Shown: piece by piece, positions 9,040-20,360 of the stretch | Numbering within the stretch: the first letter of the stretch is position 1 | Layout of the letters: every line of letters begins with the position of its first letter | IMG/VR virus record: IMGVR_UViG_3300042197_003344 | Coordinates: 1 to 64,000 of that record | From: a virus | Length of the DNA: 64,000 nt | Reading direction: 5' to 3' (one strand) | Notes under the pieces: model-generated | Databases searched by the model: none | The model's input: the letters and a program-made list of their open reading frames with translations, nothing else | Told to the model about the DNA's origin: nothing | Translations under genes and position numbers: made by a program

Positions 9040-10451
9040 ATGAAATTTATTGGATGCAATCTGAAAACAGTAAAATAGGACGTTGGCAGCGTAAAATTGA
9101 AGAAGACACAGGGTCTAAAACATTCTGTGTTTTGCCCTGGATACATTTTGCTACAAGACCCAACGGAGATATGCGTCTTTGTTGTAATTCTAATAGTAGT
9201 GGTGCAGGAATAGATCACGAAATTGGTCTGGTAAAAAATGAAACGGGAAGACCGGCTAACTTCGGCAAAGAAACTCCTATGAGTGCTTGGAACAATGAAT
9301 ACATGCAAAATGTAAGAACCAGCATGCTTCAAGGTAACATACCACAAAGTTGTAAAAAATGTTTTGACGAAGAAAGCAAGGGTGTTGCTAGTAAACGTAT
9401 ATGGGAAACAGCTACCTGGGTTGAAGAAGGAATTGATCTTGCTCAACTCATTGATCAAACGTCTGAGCAAGGTACAGTTCCAGAACAATTGATTTATTTA
9501 GATCTTAGATTGGGACATACTTGCAATCTAAAATGTGTGATGTGTAGTCCTCACGACAGTAGCCAATGGGTTTCTGAACACAAAAAAATCTACCCGTTAT
9601 TTAAAAACGAAGAAATTAAAAAACAAATGTCTTGGGATAGAAAAGAATTTAATAATTTTTGGCATGAAAATCCTACATTTTGGAAAGAAATATACGCACA
9701 AATTCCTAATCTGAAACAGGTATATTTTGCAGGCGGCGAGCCTTTAATGATTCGAGAACATAAATTGTTCTTAGAAGAAATAATTCGTCAAGGATACGCG
9801 GATAAAATATTAATAAGATACAATACAAATGGCTTATTGTTAGATGAATCTATAATTGATCTATGGACAAAGTTTAAAAAAGTCAAGGTTGGATTTAGCA
9901 TCGATGCTGTCGGAGATCGCAACTACTATATTCGTTATCCTAGTGATTGGAACACCATTGAAAAAAATCTACATAGGCTAGATGATACGCCAGACAACAT
10001 ACAGGTCAGTATAGCCACTGCTATACAGATCTTGAATATAAAACATCTACCAGATTTTGCTCGTTGGAAGATACAGCAAAACTTTAAGAAAATAAATTTT
10101 GAAAATATTACTGGGGGTATACAGGCTGGAGGTGGTATTGTTAATATGCATCTATTGTATATACCTACTTTTTTAAGTATTCAATGTTTGCCTTCGGAGG
10201 ATAAAGCAGAAGTCAGACGTAAATTTGCGGAATTCGCTACATGGCTACACGAAAACTACAGACAAGATAAAGATTACTGGAAAGATAATCCTTACGGTTG
10301 GAAAAGATGGCAGGCTGTATTAGAGTTTATGGATTCTCAAGATCTCTCACATTTATTACCAGCTTTTAAAGAATACATTAATACATTAGATAATTATAGA
10401 AAAACTGATTTTAAAACAATCTTACCAGAATTGCAACATCTAATACAATAA
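9036..10451 (+). CDS. radical SAM protein with N-terminal twitch/SPASM-like domain
   Basis: FCVLPW..GDMRLCC..CKKC then CNLKCVMC, AGGEP. Confidence 0.9.
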   Translation: MNEIYWMQSENSKIGRWQRKIEEDTGSKTFCVLPWIHFATRPNGDMRLCCNSNSSGAGIDHEIGLVKNETGRPANFGKETPMSAWNNEYMQNVRTSMLQGNIPQSCKKCFDEESKGVASKRIWETATWVEEGIDLAQLIDQTSEQGTVPEQLIYLDLRLGHTCNLKCVMCSPHDSSQWVSEHKKIYPLFKNEEIKKQMSWDRKEFNNFWHENPTFWKEIYAQIPNLKQVYFAGGEPLMIREHKLFLEEIIRQGYADKILIRYNTNGLLLDESIIDLWTKFKKVKVGFSIDAVGDRNYYIRYPSDWNTIEKNLHRLDDTPDNIQVSIATAIQILNIKHLPDFARWKIQQNFKKINFENITGGIQAGGGIVNMHLLYIPTFLSIQCLPSEDKAEVRRKFAEFATWLHENYRQDKDYWKDNPYGWKRWQAVLEFMDSQDLSHLLPAFKEYINTLDNYRKTDFKTILPELQHLIQ

Positions 10452-10460
10452 AATTTATTC

Positions 10461-11354
10461 CTATAAAATCTGTTTAGTCAAAGGTATATCTGCTGCACAG
10501 GTACACCAATCTCTCGTACATATAACAGGCTCTCGAGGAGCAATGAATGTTCCTTGATATATATTACCGAGACTTCCGCCAACTCTGCAAGTAGCGCGAT
10601 GCACTTCGCCGTCCCAATTAATCATTAAACTTTCTATTCCTGCATTACATTTCCAACCCTTAAATTGATTTAAATTTTTTTTAATAATGTCGTTAGCATG
10701 AATTATGTATTCGTTATCTACTCTACAATTAGGTTTGGCAGTAGCGTCTTGAGATAAAATCCATTCTAAATCTTTACCGTCATATTTTAAGTCATCGAAA
10801 ATATTATGATCGCCGTCTGTCCATCTTATTCTTCTTACTGCATATTTTATTCCTATTTCGTTAAATTTTTTGATTACTTTTTTAACCTGAGGTATAAAAG
10901 AATGATGCGCCATTACATTTACAAAAAATTCTCTTTCAGTAGCATCGTAATATTTTAATATTGTATCTACTATTCTAGTATAGTCAAATTCGAAATGTAA
11001 ACTAAAAACCAAATGATTAAAAAACATTTCATTTTCTAAATACCATCTATAACCTCTAGTACCGTTGGTAGTAACATTTACCCAGAACACATTTTTTCGT
11101 TTAAAATAATCTAATAAATCTTCTATATCGGGATGTACGCAAGGTTCTCCTCCAGTGAGACTTATTCTTAAAGGTGTTTTTAGTTTACAGAGTTGATCTA
11201 CAGCACTTTCTAATATGTTAATATCTGTATGATTACTAACATTATCGTGAATGCTTGTGGGACAATAACTACAATCATAGTTACAACGTTTGCCCAAATT
11301 CCATTCTATTTTAATTTGATCTTGATGCGGATAAACCGGATTAATTTGTTTCAT
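10461..11354 (-). CDS. radical SAM protein
   Basis: CNYDCSYC, TGGEP; paralogue of 2609-3595. Confidence 0.9.
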   Translation of the reverse strand: MKQINPVYPHQDQIKIEWNLGKRCNYDCSYCPTSIHDNVSNHTDINILESAVDQLCKLKTPLRISLTGGEPCVHPDIEDLLDYFKRKNVFWVNVTTNGTRGYRWYLENEMFFNHLVFSLHFEFDYTRIVDTILKYYDATEREFFVNVMAHHSFIPQVKKVIKKFNEIGIKYAVRRIRWTDGDHNIFDDLKYDGKDLEWILSQDATAKPNCRVDNEYIIHANDIIKKNLNQFKGWKCNAGIESLMINWDGEVHRATCRVGGSLGNIYQGTFIAPREPVICTRDWCTCAADIPLTKQIL

Positions 11355-12267
11355 ATAATGTTGAAAATTTGGAATGATTAATTATACTTTCGTAGTACAT
11401 ATCGCTATCGAAAAACTCAATGCTTGTAATTTCAGTATCCGATCTGACAAATTCTTTGTTCCACTTTAATTTACAAATATGATTAGGTACATACCAATCG
11501 CTTACAGTAGGATGAAACGATAAAAAATCATCAGTGATTATTATTTGACCTAAAATGTATCTGCCAAAAGATAAATTATTAAGGTTATCGAGATTCACAT
11601 TATTATTTACAGCCCAGGGATAGAAATTTTTTTCGTCAAATTTTCGATAAGGATTCTCTACATGAAAAAATATACAGGTTTCGCTGTTAATGGTAGACTG
11701 TAAAACTAATTCGTCCATACTGTCATTTCCTTTATAAATTTCTAACCAATCTTTTCCTAAAGTTCCGTACCCTAAAATTAAATCACCCCATTTATGTTCT
11801 GTGGTGATCCATAATTTATGTTCTTCTTTAATTTCTGTTAATTGGGGATCCGGATCTTTCACGAAATGAATAGAACAATTATGTTCCAAAAAAGGATCTT
11901 CTTTTATATTTTCTAGACTATGAATTAATAAATTTATCATAGACCAAATTTTTTCATTTTTAAATTTTTCTTTAACAAATTTAGAATGTAGATAATTTAA
12001 ATCTTTTTGTTCGACTGGATAAGAAATTTTTTTTTGATTTACTAATTCTAAGTAGTGATTTAATTTTTCTACAGTATATTTTATTCCTAAATTATTCATA
12101 GGATATGTAAAAAAATTAGTTTTTTCATTATGTTTATTTTGCCAACTATGTTGAACAGGATTATCATTAAGTTGAAAATAAACTGAAACATATCTGCTGT
12201 TCGACCGAAAAGTTATTTTCGCAGTGTTTTTTCCTACTCTGTTTCTATAGATGTGTCTCATATCCAA
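11341..12267 (-). CDS. hypothetical protein
   Basis: 308 aa ORF overlapping both neighbours. Confidence 0.7.
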   Translation of the reverse strand: MDMRHIYRNRVGKNTAKITFRSNSRYVSVYFQLNDNPVQHSWQNKHNEKTNFFTYPMNNLGIKYTVEKLNHYLELVNQKKISYPVEQKDLNYLHSKFVKEKFKNEKIWSMINLLIHSLENIKEDPFLEHNCSIHFVKDPDPQLTEIKEEHKLWITTEHKWGDLILGYGTLGKDWLEIYKGNDSMDELVLQSTINSETCIFFHVENPYRKFDEKNFYPWAVNNNVNLDNLNNLSFGRYILGQIIITDDFLSFHPTVSDWYVPNHICKLKWNKEFVRSDTEITSIEFFDSDMYYESIINHSKFSTLYETN

Positions 12268-13517
12268 TTTTTAAACTCCGGAACAACATCAAATAGATTT
12301 TGATTTCTTGTAACATCTAATTTACGATTAAATTCTAAGAAGTCCGACCATAAATGACTTTGATCTTTAGCATTGAGATAGTTAATATTATCTTGTATCT
12401 GTTGATAAGTTATTCTTTCCAATTGGGGGTACTTCTTAACCAGTTCAAAATCTTTAACACGATGTCTAATTTTTTCTAATTTCTCTACTGCTTTTAACTG
12501 CAATACTCGAGGCAATACCTGCGCCGATAAACAATTTGGGTAACTTACACGATGGCTGTAAAAGACTATTCCCATTTTGTTTAAGAAATATTCAATACAT
12601 TCTGATGCCTGTAAAATATTACCAGCCTGTGCAGTGAACGCACCTACTACTCTGCTGACATTAGGAATAGTTTGTATTTCTTTGATATTTTGTTCTACTA
12701 AAGTAAAATCGCTATTACCGCGAATATAATTATACACTTCGTGAATACCATCGAGACTTACATTTACTGCTACAGATTTAAAGTGTGGCCAGTAGTCGTG
12801 TATGGTTCTACCGCCTTTGATACCTAGTGTAGTGCCGTTAGTAGCATACTTTATTTCAATGTTTTGTCCATAGGGTTTCAACATATCTAGTATGCGATAA
12901 TGTTGTGGATCCATCAACGGTTCTCCGCCAGCGAATTCTACACGTCTAAAGTATGGTAATAGTTTTTCAAAACTCGTCCACCAATTGTCTGTATCTTCAA
13001 AAGGACAGAGATATTTACTAGTGTTTAGTCCTAATTTGTTAATTACCGGAACAAGATAATTATTTTCTTTTTTATAAAATTCTTCTACCTGATCCCAATC
13101 ATTCCAACTAGTGCTGTCCATAGGGTGACACATACGGCATTTCAAATTACAGAGATTATTAAGTTTGATTTCCATGGTAGGAAACTCAAATGGCATGGTG
13201 TAATCATCACGTAGTTGTTCCAAAGCATTGGGATAAAGATTGATGCGTGCCTCTGGAATTACACCGTTAATGTGTCGTTGGCGCAGACTTTCAACACCTT
13301 GGTCTTCCAAATCAAAACAGGGCTTGCACACTTTTGGTCGTTCGTTGGATAATATCTGTCTACGAACTTCTCGCATAGTATCATTGTTCCATAGTTCTTC
13401 TAAACTATTGTTTTGTATGAATCCAATTGGAGCACTGCGACAACAAACTTTAACAGCACCGTCTTCCCTAGTTGCTAATCCTGTAAAAGGATGCATACAA
13501 AATGTTTTACTTGTCAT
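12258..13517 (-). CDS. radical SAM protein with N-terminal twitch domain
   Basis: FCMHPF..VCC..CKPC; CNLKCRMC; AGGEP. Confidence 0.9.
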   Translation of the reverse strand: MTSKTFCMHPFTGLATREDGAVKVCCRSAPIGFIQNNSLEELWNNDTMREVRRQILSNERPKVCKPCFDLEDQGVESLRQRHINGVIPEARINLYPNALEQLRDDYTMPFEFPTMEIKLNNLCNLKCRMCHPMDSTSWNDWDQVEEFYKKENNYLVPVINKLGLNTSKYLCPFEDTDNWWTSFEKLLPYFRRVEFAGGEPLMDPQHYRILDMLKPYGQNIEIKYATNGTTLGIKGGRTIHDYWPHFKSVAVNVSLDGIHEVYNYIRGNSDFTLVEQNIKEIQTIPNVSRVVGAFTAQAGNILQASECIEYFLNKMGIVFYSHRVSYPNCLSAQVLPRVLQLKAVEKLEKIRHRVKDFELVKKYPQLERITYQQIQDNINYLNAKDQSHLWSDFLEFNRKLDVTRNQNLFDVVPEFKNWI

Positions 13518-14707
13518 AAGTACTTTTTAATTTCTTGATAATAGTCGGGAAACGTTTTACCGAAGCTTTCGTTTCGATATTCGTCTCTCTGTTTTACTTC
13601 TCGCCAAAATAGTTTCCATTTAACATAATTAAATTTACTATTTTGTAAAAGTTTTATTACAGAATCTCGATCGATCTCCCATTGAGGATTTTTACTTTTA
13701 TGTTCTAACAATCTTTTTATTATAACTAGTTTTAATTTATTCGGCATAAATTTTATACTTCTTCCATCATGAACATTGTTTAATATTACCAAAGAACTAT
13801 TATTTGTACAATATTCATACGTTTCGGCTAAATCCCAGATACTAAACATAGACACAGATATCACAGTATTAATTTGCCAAGAAGGATCAAATTTTTTAAT
13901 TCTCTGTAAATTTTTTTCCCATGTTATAAAATTTCCCGGATGCCGAATATACGTAAATTTTTCATTAACAGCATCTATACTAAAATTTAAAACTACATGA
14001 TCAAATTCTTTTAGATAATGAATAGTTTTTTCAGGATACAAAGTTCCATTAGTATTATAAGTAATTTCCATATTTTTTGAATATCCCAAATCTATTATTT
14101 TTGTTATAAATTGTTGATTGTACTTAACATACATAGGTTCCCCACCGGAAAATTGCAGTCGAATTACTTCAGGAAAAATTTTTAAAACATCTTTCCAAAA
14201 ATAATCATTTTCGGGATGAAAACTTTCTTCTCTAATTTTAGAACTGTTGTCTAATAAAACTTTAATTTTACTAACTGTTGATCTTTTTAATTCTTCAATT
14301 TCGAATTGACTGGATCTATTTTCCCAACATATTCTGCATTTCAAATTACAGGTATTTCCTAATGCTATGTAAGCTAATTTAGGAAGCTGATTATTATCGG
14401 ATACTAAATGTCCCCATACTCTGTTACTAATCATTCTAAGACTTTCTTTTCCAGAATCTTCGTCTTCCCAGCATTGATGGCAACTTTTTACTCTTATTCC
14501 AGAATCTAAATTTTTAATGAGTTTTTTTCTATCTTCGCTATTCCAAAAATTTATTATAGATTCTTTGTTTATTGTTGAATTCTTTTTTGCTGTGAGATAA
14601 CTATAGGTAGGATTTTTACAACACGGAGTAACTCGACCGTCTGACTCGACATTAAGATTAAGATACGGATTTACACACCAAGTATTGCTTTTATTTTCAA
14701 TGTTCAT
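13514..14707 (-). CDS. radical SAM protein with N-terminal twitch domain
   Basis: WCVNPY..PCC..CHQC; CNLKCRIC; start taken at MNIENK. Confidence 0.9.
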   Translation of the reverse strand: MNIENKSNTWCVNPYLNLNVESDGRVTPCCKNPTYSYLTAKKNSTINKESIINFWNSEDRKKLIKNLDSGIRVKSCHQCWEDEDSGKESLRMISNRVWGHLVSDNNQLPKLAYIALGNTCNLKCRICWENRSSQFEIEELKRSTVSKIKVLLDNSSKIREESFHPENDYFWKDVLKIFPEVIRLQFSGGEPMYVKYNQQFITKIIDLGYSKNMEITYNTNGTLYPEKTIHYLKEFDHVVLNFSIDAVNEKFTYIRHPGNFITWEKNLQRIKKFDPSWQINTVISVSMFSIWDLAETYEYCTNNSSLVILNNVHDGRSIKFMPNKLKLVIIKRLLEHKSKNPQWEIDRDSVIKLLQNSKFNYVKWKLFWREVKQRDEYRNESFGKTFPDYYQEIKKYL

Positions 14708-15380
14708 TTTTTTTAATTGCCCATTCTCTTTCTTTACACCAGAAACATTTTCCGCATAATGGAATGTGTTGTCCTGACTTATAAGTTTTATAGTTAATAC
14801 CTTCAAATTCTCCTTCGCAACTTCTAGTTAAATTTAAAAGGTCTTTTATACGGTATTTGTAATATTGTTTTATAATCCAATCTTTTCTAGTACGAACAAA
14901 AGGATGACAGATATGTATTCCGTCATGAATAAAGTGAGGAGGGATATGTCCTTCGTCCCGATCACTTAGCGATCCTTCAATTTTAATATCCGGGTTTCGA
15001 TTAATTCCGCCGTAAATTGCATCTAACTTATATTTGTGAGCGATATATTCGTTGTGTGATCTTAAAATAATTTGATTACCACTCTTTAATTTTCCGTATT
15101 CGTCCACGATTGTAGGACCTTTATCTGCCCACTCTAATTCGGGGGGAATAAGATTTCGATGAACATAAAATTTATTTTTGAAGTGACTTTTAAACCAATC
15201 TATTACTTGATCGGCAATGTATTCTTGCCACGGTCTAGTTCTCCATAAGCGGATCTGATTTGTAAAGTGTATTTCTGCATCAGTCTCGGAACAAATTAAG
15301 AAGGCTAAAAGAGTACTGTCAGCACCACCGCTAATGCTTATTCCAATTCTTTTCCAATTTTTATCTATAAAAAGGTTCAT
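14697..15380 (-). CDS. PP-loop ATPase (QueC/ExsB-like)
   Basis: SGGADS; C-terminal TRSC...CGKCFWC. Confidence 0.75.
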   Translation of the reverse strand: MNLFIDKNWKRIGISISGGADSTLLAFLICSETDAEIHFTNQIRLWRTRPWQEYIADQVIDWFKSHFKNKFYVHRNLIPPELEWADKGPTIVDEYGKLKSGNQIILRSHNEYIAHKYKLDAIYGGINRNPDIKIEGSLSDRDEGHIPPHFIHDGIHICHPFVRTRKDWIIKQYYKYRIKDLLNLTRSCEGEFEGINYKTYKSGQHIPLCGKCFWCKEREWAIKKNEH

Positions 15381-15423
15381 AAATATATTTACACTATAAT
15401 ATTAGCATATAAATATTTCGCCG

Positions 15424-16092
15424 ATGTTAAATCAATTATCTCATTATGTGGAATCTGATATAGTCGATAAATGTATTGAGTTATGTTCAGATTTCAACGA
15501 ATGTACTTCGCTTAATCAACCAACAGGAAATTTTTTTTACGACACTTGGAAAATTAAAAATGAGTACACAGGTACCGCTTGGCAAAAATTATTAGAATCT
15601 TTACCTTATAATTTAGGAGAAGCTAGGATAATTAAACTGGTTCCGGGCGAAACCTATATGTCACACGCAGACATAGATAATAGATGGCACCTGAATCTAA
15701 CAGGAGAACAATCTTATTTGATCGATTTAGAAAGTAAATCTATGCATCATTTACAAAAAGATTATAAATGGTATAGTATGGATGCAAGTAAGATCCATGT
15801 TGCAGCAAATTTTGGATCTAAAAATCGTTTTCAGGTAGTGATAAGACAACTATTAACTAAATCATCGTTATCTAAATTTGTATTTGTAAAAATAGAACCT
15901 AGTCGCGAACAACACGACTATAGATATAAGTTTGATCAGATCATAAGCCCTTTTCTAAATAAGGCAAATAAGAACAATTTTTTAAGAAATTTTCAATTTG
16001 AAAAAAACACCGTGACTTTTGAAATAGCAGAACAAGAAATAGAAAATTTTAAAAAAATAATTACAAAAGACTTTGGAGTTTTTTATGCCTAA
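15424..16092 (+). CDS. 2OG-Fe(II) oxygenase (Asp/Asn beta-hydroxylase-like)
   Basis: SHAD...HVAANFG..R. Confidence 0.7.
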   Translation: MLNQLSHYVESDIVDKCIELCSDFNECTSLNQPTGNFFYDTWKIKNEYTGTAWQKLLESLPYNLGEARIIKLVPGETYMSHADIDNRWHLNLTGEQSYLIDLESKSMHHLQKDYKWYSMDASKIHVAANFGSKNRFQVVIRQLLTKSSLSKFVFVKIEPSREQHDYRYKFDQIISPFLNKANKNNFLRNFQFEKNTVTFEIAEQEIENFKKIITKDFGVFYA

Positions 16093-16546
16093 GGTAATCA
16101 TCACTGGGAACACCAGAGGTATAGGACTAGAGTTCTCTAATTATTTTTTAAAAAAGGAATGGACTGTTGTTGGCTTTAACAGAAAAACTAGTTTAGATAA
16201 AGTAATCATTGAATCAGAAAATTGTGATTTGTTTATAAACAATGCTTACGCTGACGGGATTCAAATTAAATTTTTAAATGAACTCCATGACAAGGTAAAA
16301 AAAATGATAGTTTGTGGGAGTGTGGCAGCATTTTATCCTGATTCAAGAATGATTGAATATTCAGAAAACAAAAAAAAATTAGCACAACGAGTTAGAGAAT
16401 TATCTAAATCTAATATTCTTATGCTTCACTTAAGTGCCAAGGGATATAACAACACAGATGCTATTTTTAAAATATTAGACCTATGGTTAGAGCATCCTCA
16501 TATCGTTGAAATAATGTTTGATCCTACCGGAGAACCTAATGGATAA
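16085..16546 (+). CDS. short SDR-family oxidoreductase
   Basis: TGNTRGIG, INNA, YSENK. Confidence 0.8.
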   Translation: MPKVIITGNTRGIGLEFSNYFLKKEWTVVGFNRKTSLDKVIIESENCDLFINNAYADGIQIKFLNELHDKVKKMIVCGSVAAFYPDSRMIEYSENKKKLAQRVRELSKSNILMLHLSAKGYNNTDAIFKILDLWLEHPHIVEIMFDPTGEPNG

Positions 16547-17138
16547 AAAAATAATAATCACCGGACATACTCAGGGCTTAGGTAAATCTATTTACGACAA
16601 ATTTAAAGAAATTAGCTGTCGAGAAATTATAGGTATGAGTCGTAGTAACGGTTACGATATCGATAAAAATTTTGATCGAATTGTCGAAGAGGCAACTGGT
16701 GCAGAACTGTTTATTAACAATGCTTATCGTGATAAACAGCAGTTAAAATTGTTTAATGCCCTTAAGAACAAGGTAGACATGATGGTAGTTATGGGCAGTG
16801 TTAGTAGATTTTATCCAGAATTAATACCCACTCAATATGTACACGATAAACAAGAATTAGCAGAAGCATGTAGATTAGAAAGTTTAAAACCTAATGGTAT
16901 TCCTATACTACATTTAGATCTAGGATTTATAGAAGGAACAGAAATAAACGAAAACGACTCTACTTCGTTTGTCAGTGATTTTAATACCAGTAAAAACGAT
17001 ATCGTTGATACTATTATATTTTGGGCACAAAAACCTTGTATACGTCAAATAGAATTTCGATGGAAGTTAACCGATCATGTGTACTCTGAATTAAAAAGAA
17101 TTAATCCTAATTTAGATCCATCTAGGGTAACGTTCTAA
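16539..17138 (+). CDS. SDR-family oxidoreductase
   Basis: TGHTQGLG, INNA, YVHDK. Confidence 0.8.
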   Translation: MDKKIIITGHTQGLGKSIYDKFKEISCREIIGMSRSNGYDIDKNFDRIVEEATGAELFINNAYRDKQQLKLFNALKNKVDMMVVMGSVSRFYPELIPTQYVHDKQELAEACRLESLKPNGIPILHLDLGFIEGTEINENDSTSFVSDFNTSKNDIVDTIIFWAQKPCIRQIEFRWKLTDHVYSELKRINPNLDPSRVTF

Positions 17139-17669
17139 ATTTTCTAAAAATCTATCACCATAAATTTTCCACACTGTCTGGTTGGTATATCTGTAATATA
17201 CTTCTTTTACACGTTCAACGATACCTAATTTTTCTAAAGTAGGAAAATAATATCTATGAACTAATCGTTGACTGGCAGCTTTGCTGTCATTGGAGGTAGC
17301 ATAGATATTTTCAGTACCGGTCCAAGAAATACAGGCAGGTAATAAAAATTGATCAGTAAGATTTTGATGTTCAGCGATAAGACGTTGAGGAGTTATTAAA
17401 CCGTAATTAGGTCGAGCAGTACCAAAGGTACAGGTTCTAGCTAGAACTCTATAACTACCGTACCCCATAACATCGTCAAATGTATGAGCTACTACACTGC
17501 CTATAGCTTTGTCGTCTTGATACAGTATCCACGCTTTCCATAACTTTTCATTCTTAAAGCAATCTATCATTGCTTTTTGACTTAGGTTATTAACAAAGCC
17601 TCGTTGTTCAGCTTCTTTATAAAAGTCGGTAAGATCTAACTCCGGGTTCCATTCAACGATATTATACAT
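17112..17669 (-). CDS. hypothetical, possible GNAT-fold acyltransferase
   Basis: WILYQDDKAIGSVVAH beta-hairpin pattern; weak. Confidence 0.4.
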   Translation of the reverse strand: MYNIVEWNPELDLTDFYKEAEQRGFVNNLSQKAMIDCFKNEKLWKAWILYQDDKAIGSVVAHTFDDVMGYGSYRVLARTCTFGTARPNYGLITPQRLIAEHQNLTDQFLLPACISWTGTENIYATSNDSKAASQRLVHRYYFPTLEKLGIVERVKEVYYRYTNQTVWKIYGDRFLENLERYPRWI

Positions 17670-18363
17670 ATAATTTCTTACATTCGTCCATGAAGTCTGT
17701 AGGAAAGTTTGTTTTAAAACTCTCAAATGCTAATAGTTGTATATCTTTAAAAGGTGTAGGCTGATCTACATTTATGCCAGCAGCCTTCATTTTAGGAAAT
17801 AGATCTGCTTGTCTGTCTTCGCTGATGTGACTCATGACATCACGCAGACTAATTTGTGTGTCGTTATCTTTATAACAGAAGAAGTAATTAATACTTTTTA
17901 GTTGTCCGTCTACAATAAAATAGCTGCTGGGATGTAGACTATATTTGTATATACCTAAACTTTTATGCGCGATAAAAATACGCATCATTTGTTCTCGCCA
18001 ATTAGGCAGAACACTATCGTAATCTTGTTTTATAGGATCGGCCCTTTGCCAAAAATCGTCTCCGTCGATTTTTAGGTATAACTTCCTTTCTTCGTGATTA
18101 ATTTCTAAAATCTTTGGAGCCATATCAGGATACTTCCATGCCATTTCAATTAAAAATTTTACTTCGCGATCCCATTTTTCTTGCATTAATTCAGGATCCA
18201 CGACCTGATTCTGACCTCGATGATAATCGGTATCATTATGGTACCATTGACAAAACGTTTTCTTATCTTTGCTGATAAGACTTGTATAAATTAAATTATT
18301 TCTACATAAACCCTTTCCGGGAACATTATTGTAGTAGTATTCGAATTCCGTTTTCATGCACAT
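17662..18363 (-). CDS. hypothetical, possible kinase-like fold
   Basis: REVKFL..MAPKILEI..LYLKI; paralogue of 6975-7679. Confidence 0.5.
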   Translation of the reverse strand: MCMKTEFEYYYNNVPGKGLCRNNLIYTSLISKDKKTFCQWYHNDTDYHRGQNQVVDPELMQEKWDREVKFLIEMAWKYPDMAPKILEINHEERKLYLKIDGDDFWQRADPIKQDYDSVLPNWREQMMRIFIAHKSLGIYKYSLHPSSYFIVDGQLKSINYFFCYKDNDTQISLRDVMSHISEDRQADLFPKMKAAGINVDQPTPFKDIQLLAFESFKTNFPTDFMDECKKLYV

Positions 18364-18384
18364 ACTTAGTAGATAAGTAGTTGT

Positions 18385-19200
18385 ATGATTAGAGGTATTG
18401 GCGGAAAGCCTTATATAAATTTAGATCCGTTTTTGGATATAAAAAGTTTCATAGATTTGCATGCAGAAATGTGTAAAGGTTTTGCTTTGGCTAGAGATTA
18501 TGCCAAAGAGGGAACTTGGATGAAACCTGGATTTGATCAAGGCAGAGGCAGTTATACATGGGATTGGAAACCAATCTATAAAGCACACGAAGAATATCTA
18601 GCATTACCTGAAGACCATCCAATAAAGATACAGGGCAAAGAAATCTATCCTACAGATTTTAAAGATTACAAACAACGTAATTTATTCACACGATATTTAA
18701 AAAGTGCTCTTGGTGCTAACGATCCATACATCTATTACTTCCTATGGAACGAAGGCGATTGGAATGAACGAAACGCCGAAAGACAAAAGACTGAAGAAAG
18801 TCGATTTTTTCCAAGTGTTGTCCGTTGGGTAGAGAATTTACAACAACAGAATATTATTGACCGTATTGGCCGTGTTATATTTTTCTTGTGCGATCATAAC
18901 GGAAAGGCTTTTGAACATAGAGACCTCGATGCTAAGAATGGTGTTTTTGAAAACGATTATTATACACCGCACAATAATGAATTTATACATATAAGATATC
19001 GAACTAAACGAGGATTTTATATATGGGATCCTGACACACAGAACAAACATTATGTAAATTCGCACTCTGCTTTTTGGAACGATCAAGATTGGCACGGCGG
19101 CGAATCTAGTTTAGAACAAGAGTACGGTCTAAGAATAGATTGTAAGTTTACTGATAGTTTTCGTCAAACTTTAGGAATCGATCATCTGGAGAGTTATTAA
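18385..19200 (+). CDS. putative cupin/2OG-Fe(II) oxygenase
   Basis: EHRD...DWHGG...LRID. Confidence 0.55.
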   Translation: MIRGIGGKPYINLDPFLDIKSFIDLHAEMCKGFALARDYAKEGTWMKPGFDQGRGSYTWDWKPIYKAHEEYLALPEDHPIKIQGKEIYPTDFKDYKQRNLFTRYLKSALGANDPYIYYFLWNEGDWNERNAERQKTEESRFFPSVVRWVENLQQQNIIDRIGRVIFFLCDHNGKAFEHRDLDAKNGVFENDYYTPHNNEFIHIRYRTKRGFYIWDPDTQNKHYVNSHSAFWNDQDWHGGESSLEQEYGLRIDCKFTDSFRQTLGIDHLESY

Positions 19201-20360
19201 TGTCTGAATCTTATTGCCCCTTACCGTGGTTAGGATTAAATGTTTTACCCGATGGAATAATTAACCCATGCTGTCAATGGTCGGGCGAATATAAAAAGGT
19301 TGACTTGCAAAATATTAAACGATCTGATATCACTAGTATGTTTGATGAGATTAGACATGATATGATCTTGGGCAAAGAAATCAAAGGATGTTTTCAATGT
19401 AAATCAGCTGAACAAGCCGGAGCAATATCTAGAAGACAAGAAGCTTTAAAACAGTACGGGATAGTAAACACTGTAAAAACGAAGGTGTTAGATATTAATT
19501 TTGATAATGTTTGTAATTTAAAATGCAGAGGTTGTTGTAGTTCATCTAGTCATTTATGGTTCAATGATGAACTAGAAATATACGGAAAAACTTTTGCCGA
19601 TAAAAAATATCGAGAAAATTATTTGAACATCGAATACGATGATTTAGAAGTGTTAAACATTAGCGGAGGAGAACCTTTTCTGTCTAAAGAATTTAATAAT
19701 CTCTCATCGAAATTATTAGAAAAAAATATAGCAAATAATTTACAACTAATTATTTCTACCAATGGAACAATTTTACCTTCGGAAAATATTTTTAGATTAT
19801 TTAAAGAAGTAAAACAACTAAATCTTAATATCAGTATTGACGGTATTGGTTATCTTAATCAATACTTTAGAAGTGGCGCGGAATTTAATATTTGTTTAAA
19901 TACTCTAAATTATTTAAAAATTTTAAAGGAATTAAGAAAAAATAAAGTAACTAAGTTAAATGTTCATACTACTGTTTCAATTTATAACGTTAACTTGTTA
20001 GGTGAAATTAAAAGTTTTTTTGAAACTCATTTTCCTGAGTTTAGTTACAGTCATAGAATCTTATATTGGCCTGAGCAATTATGCATTCGATATATGCCGT
20101 CTGATCTAAAAAAATTAGTTAGGCCGTATGTGATTGATTTAGGCAACGATTACATCGACGTAATTAATGAATTAGATACAGACGCTGAAGATTATTTTAA
20201 TCATTTTTTGAATTTTCACCATACGCTAGATAGAATACGTTTAGAAAATTTAAGAGACGCTAACAAACTTCTTTCTGACTATATTTCTAATAAAAATACA
20301 AAAATAAACAGTAAGACATTTTTTGTCAAGCAAATGAATTTATTAAAATGCGGTATGTAG
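19200..20360 (+). CDS. radical SAM protein with N-terminal twitch domain
   Basis: YCPLPW..PCC..CFQC; CNLKCRGC; SGGEP. Confidence 0.9.
   Translation: MSESYCPLPWLGLNVLPDGIINPCCQWSGEYKKVDLQNIKRSDITSMFDEIRHDMILGKEIKGCFQCKSAEQAGAISRRQEALKQYGIVNTVKTKVLDINFDNVCNLKCRGCCSSSSHLWFNDELEIYGKTFADKKYRENYLNIEYDDLEVLNISGGEPFLSKEFNNLSSKLLEKNIANNLQLIISTNGTILPSENIFRLFKEVKQLNLNISIDGIGYLNQYFRSGAEFNICLNTLNYLKILKELRKNKVTKLNVHTTVSIYNVNLLGEIKSFFETHFPEFSYSHRILYWPEQLCIRYMPSDLKKLVRPYVIDLGNDYIDVINELDTDAEDYFNHFLNFHHTLDRIRLENLRDANKLLSDYISNKNTKINSKTFFVKQMNLLKCGM

Noticed and set aside
14697-15380. 7-deazaguanine DNA-modification pathway
   Set aside because: Only a QueC-like PP-loop protein is seen; no recognisable folE, queD or dpdA is in the window.
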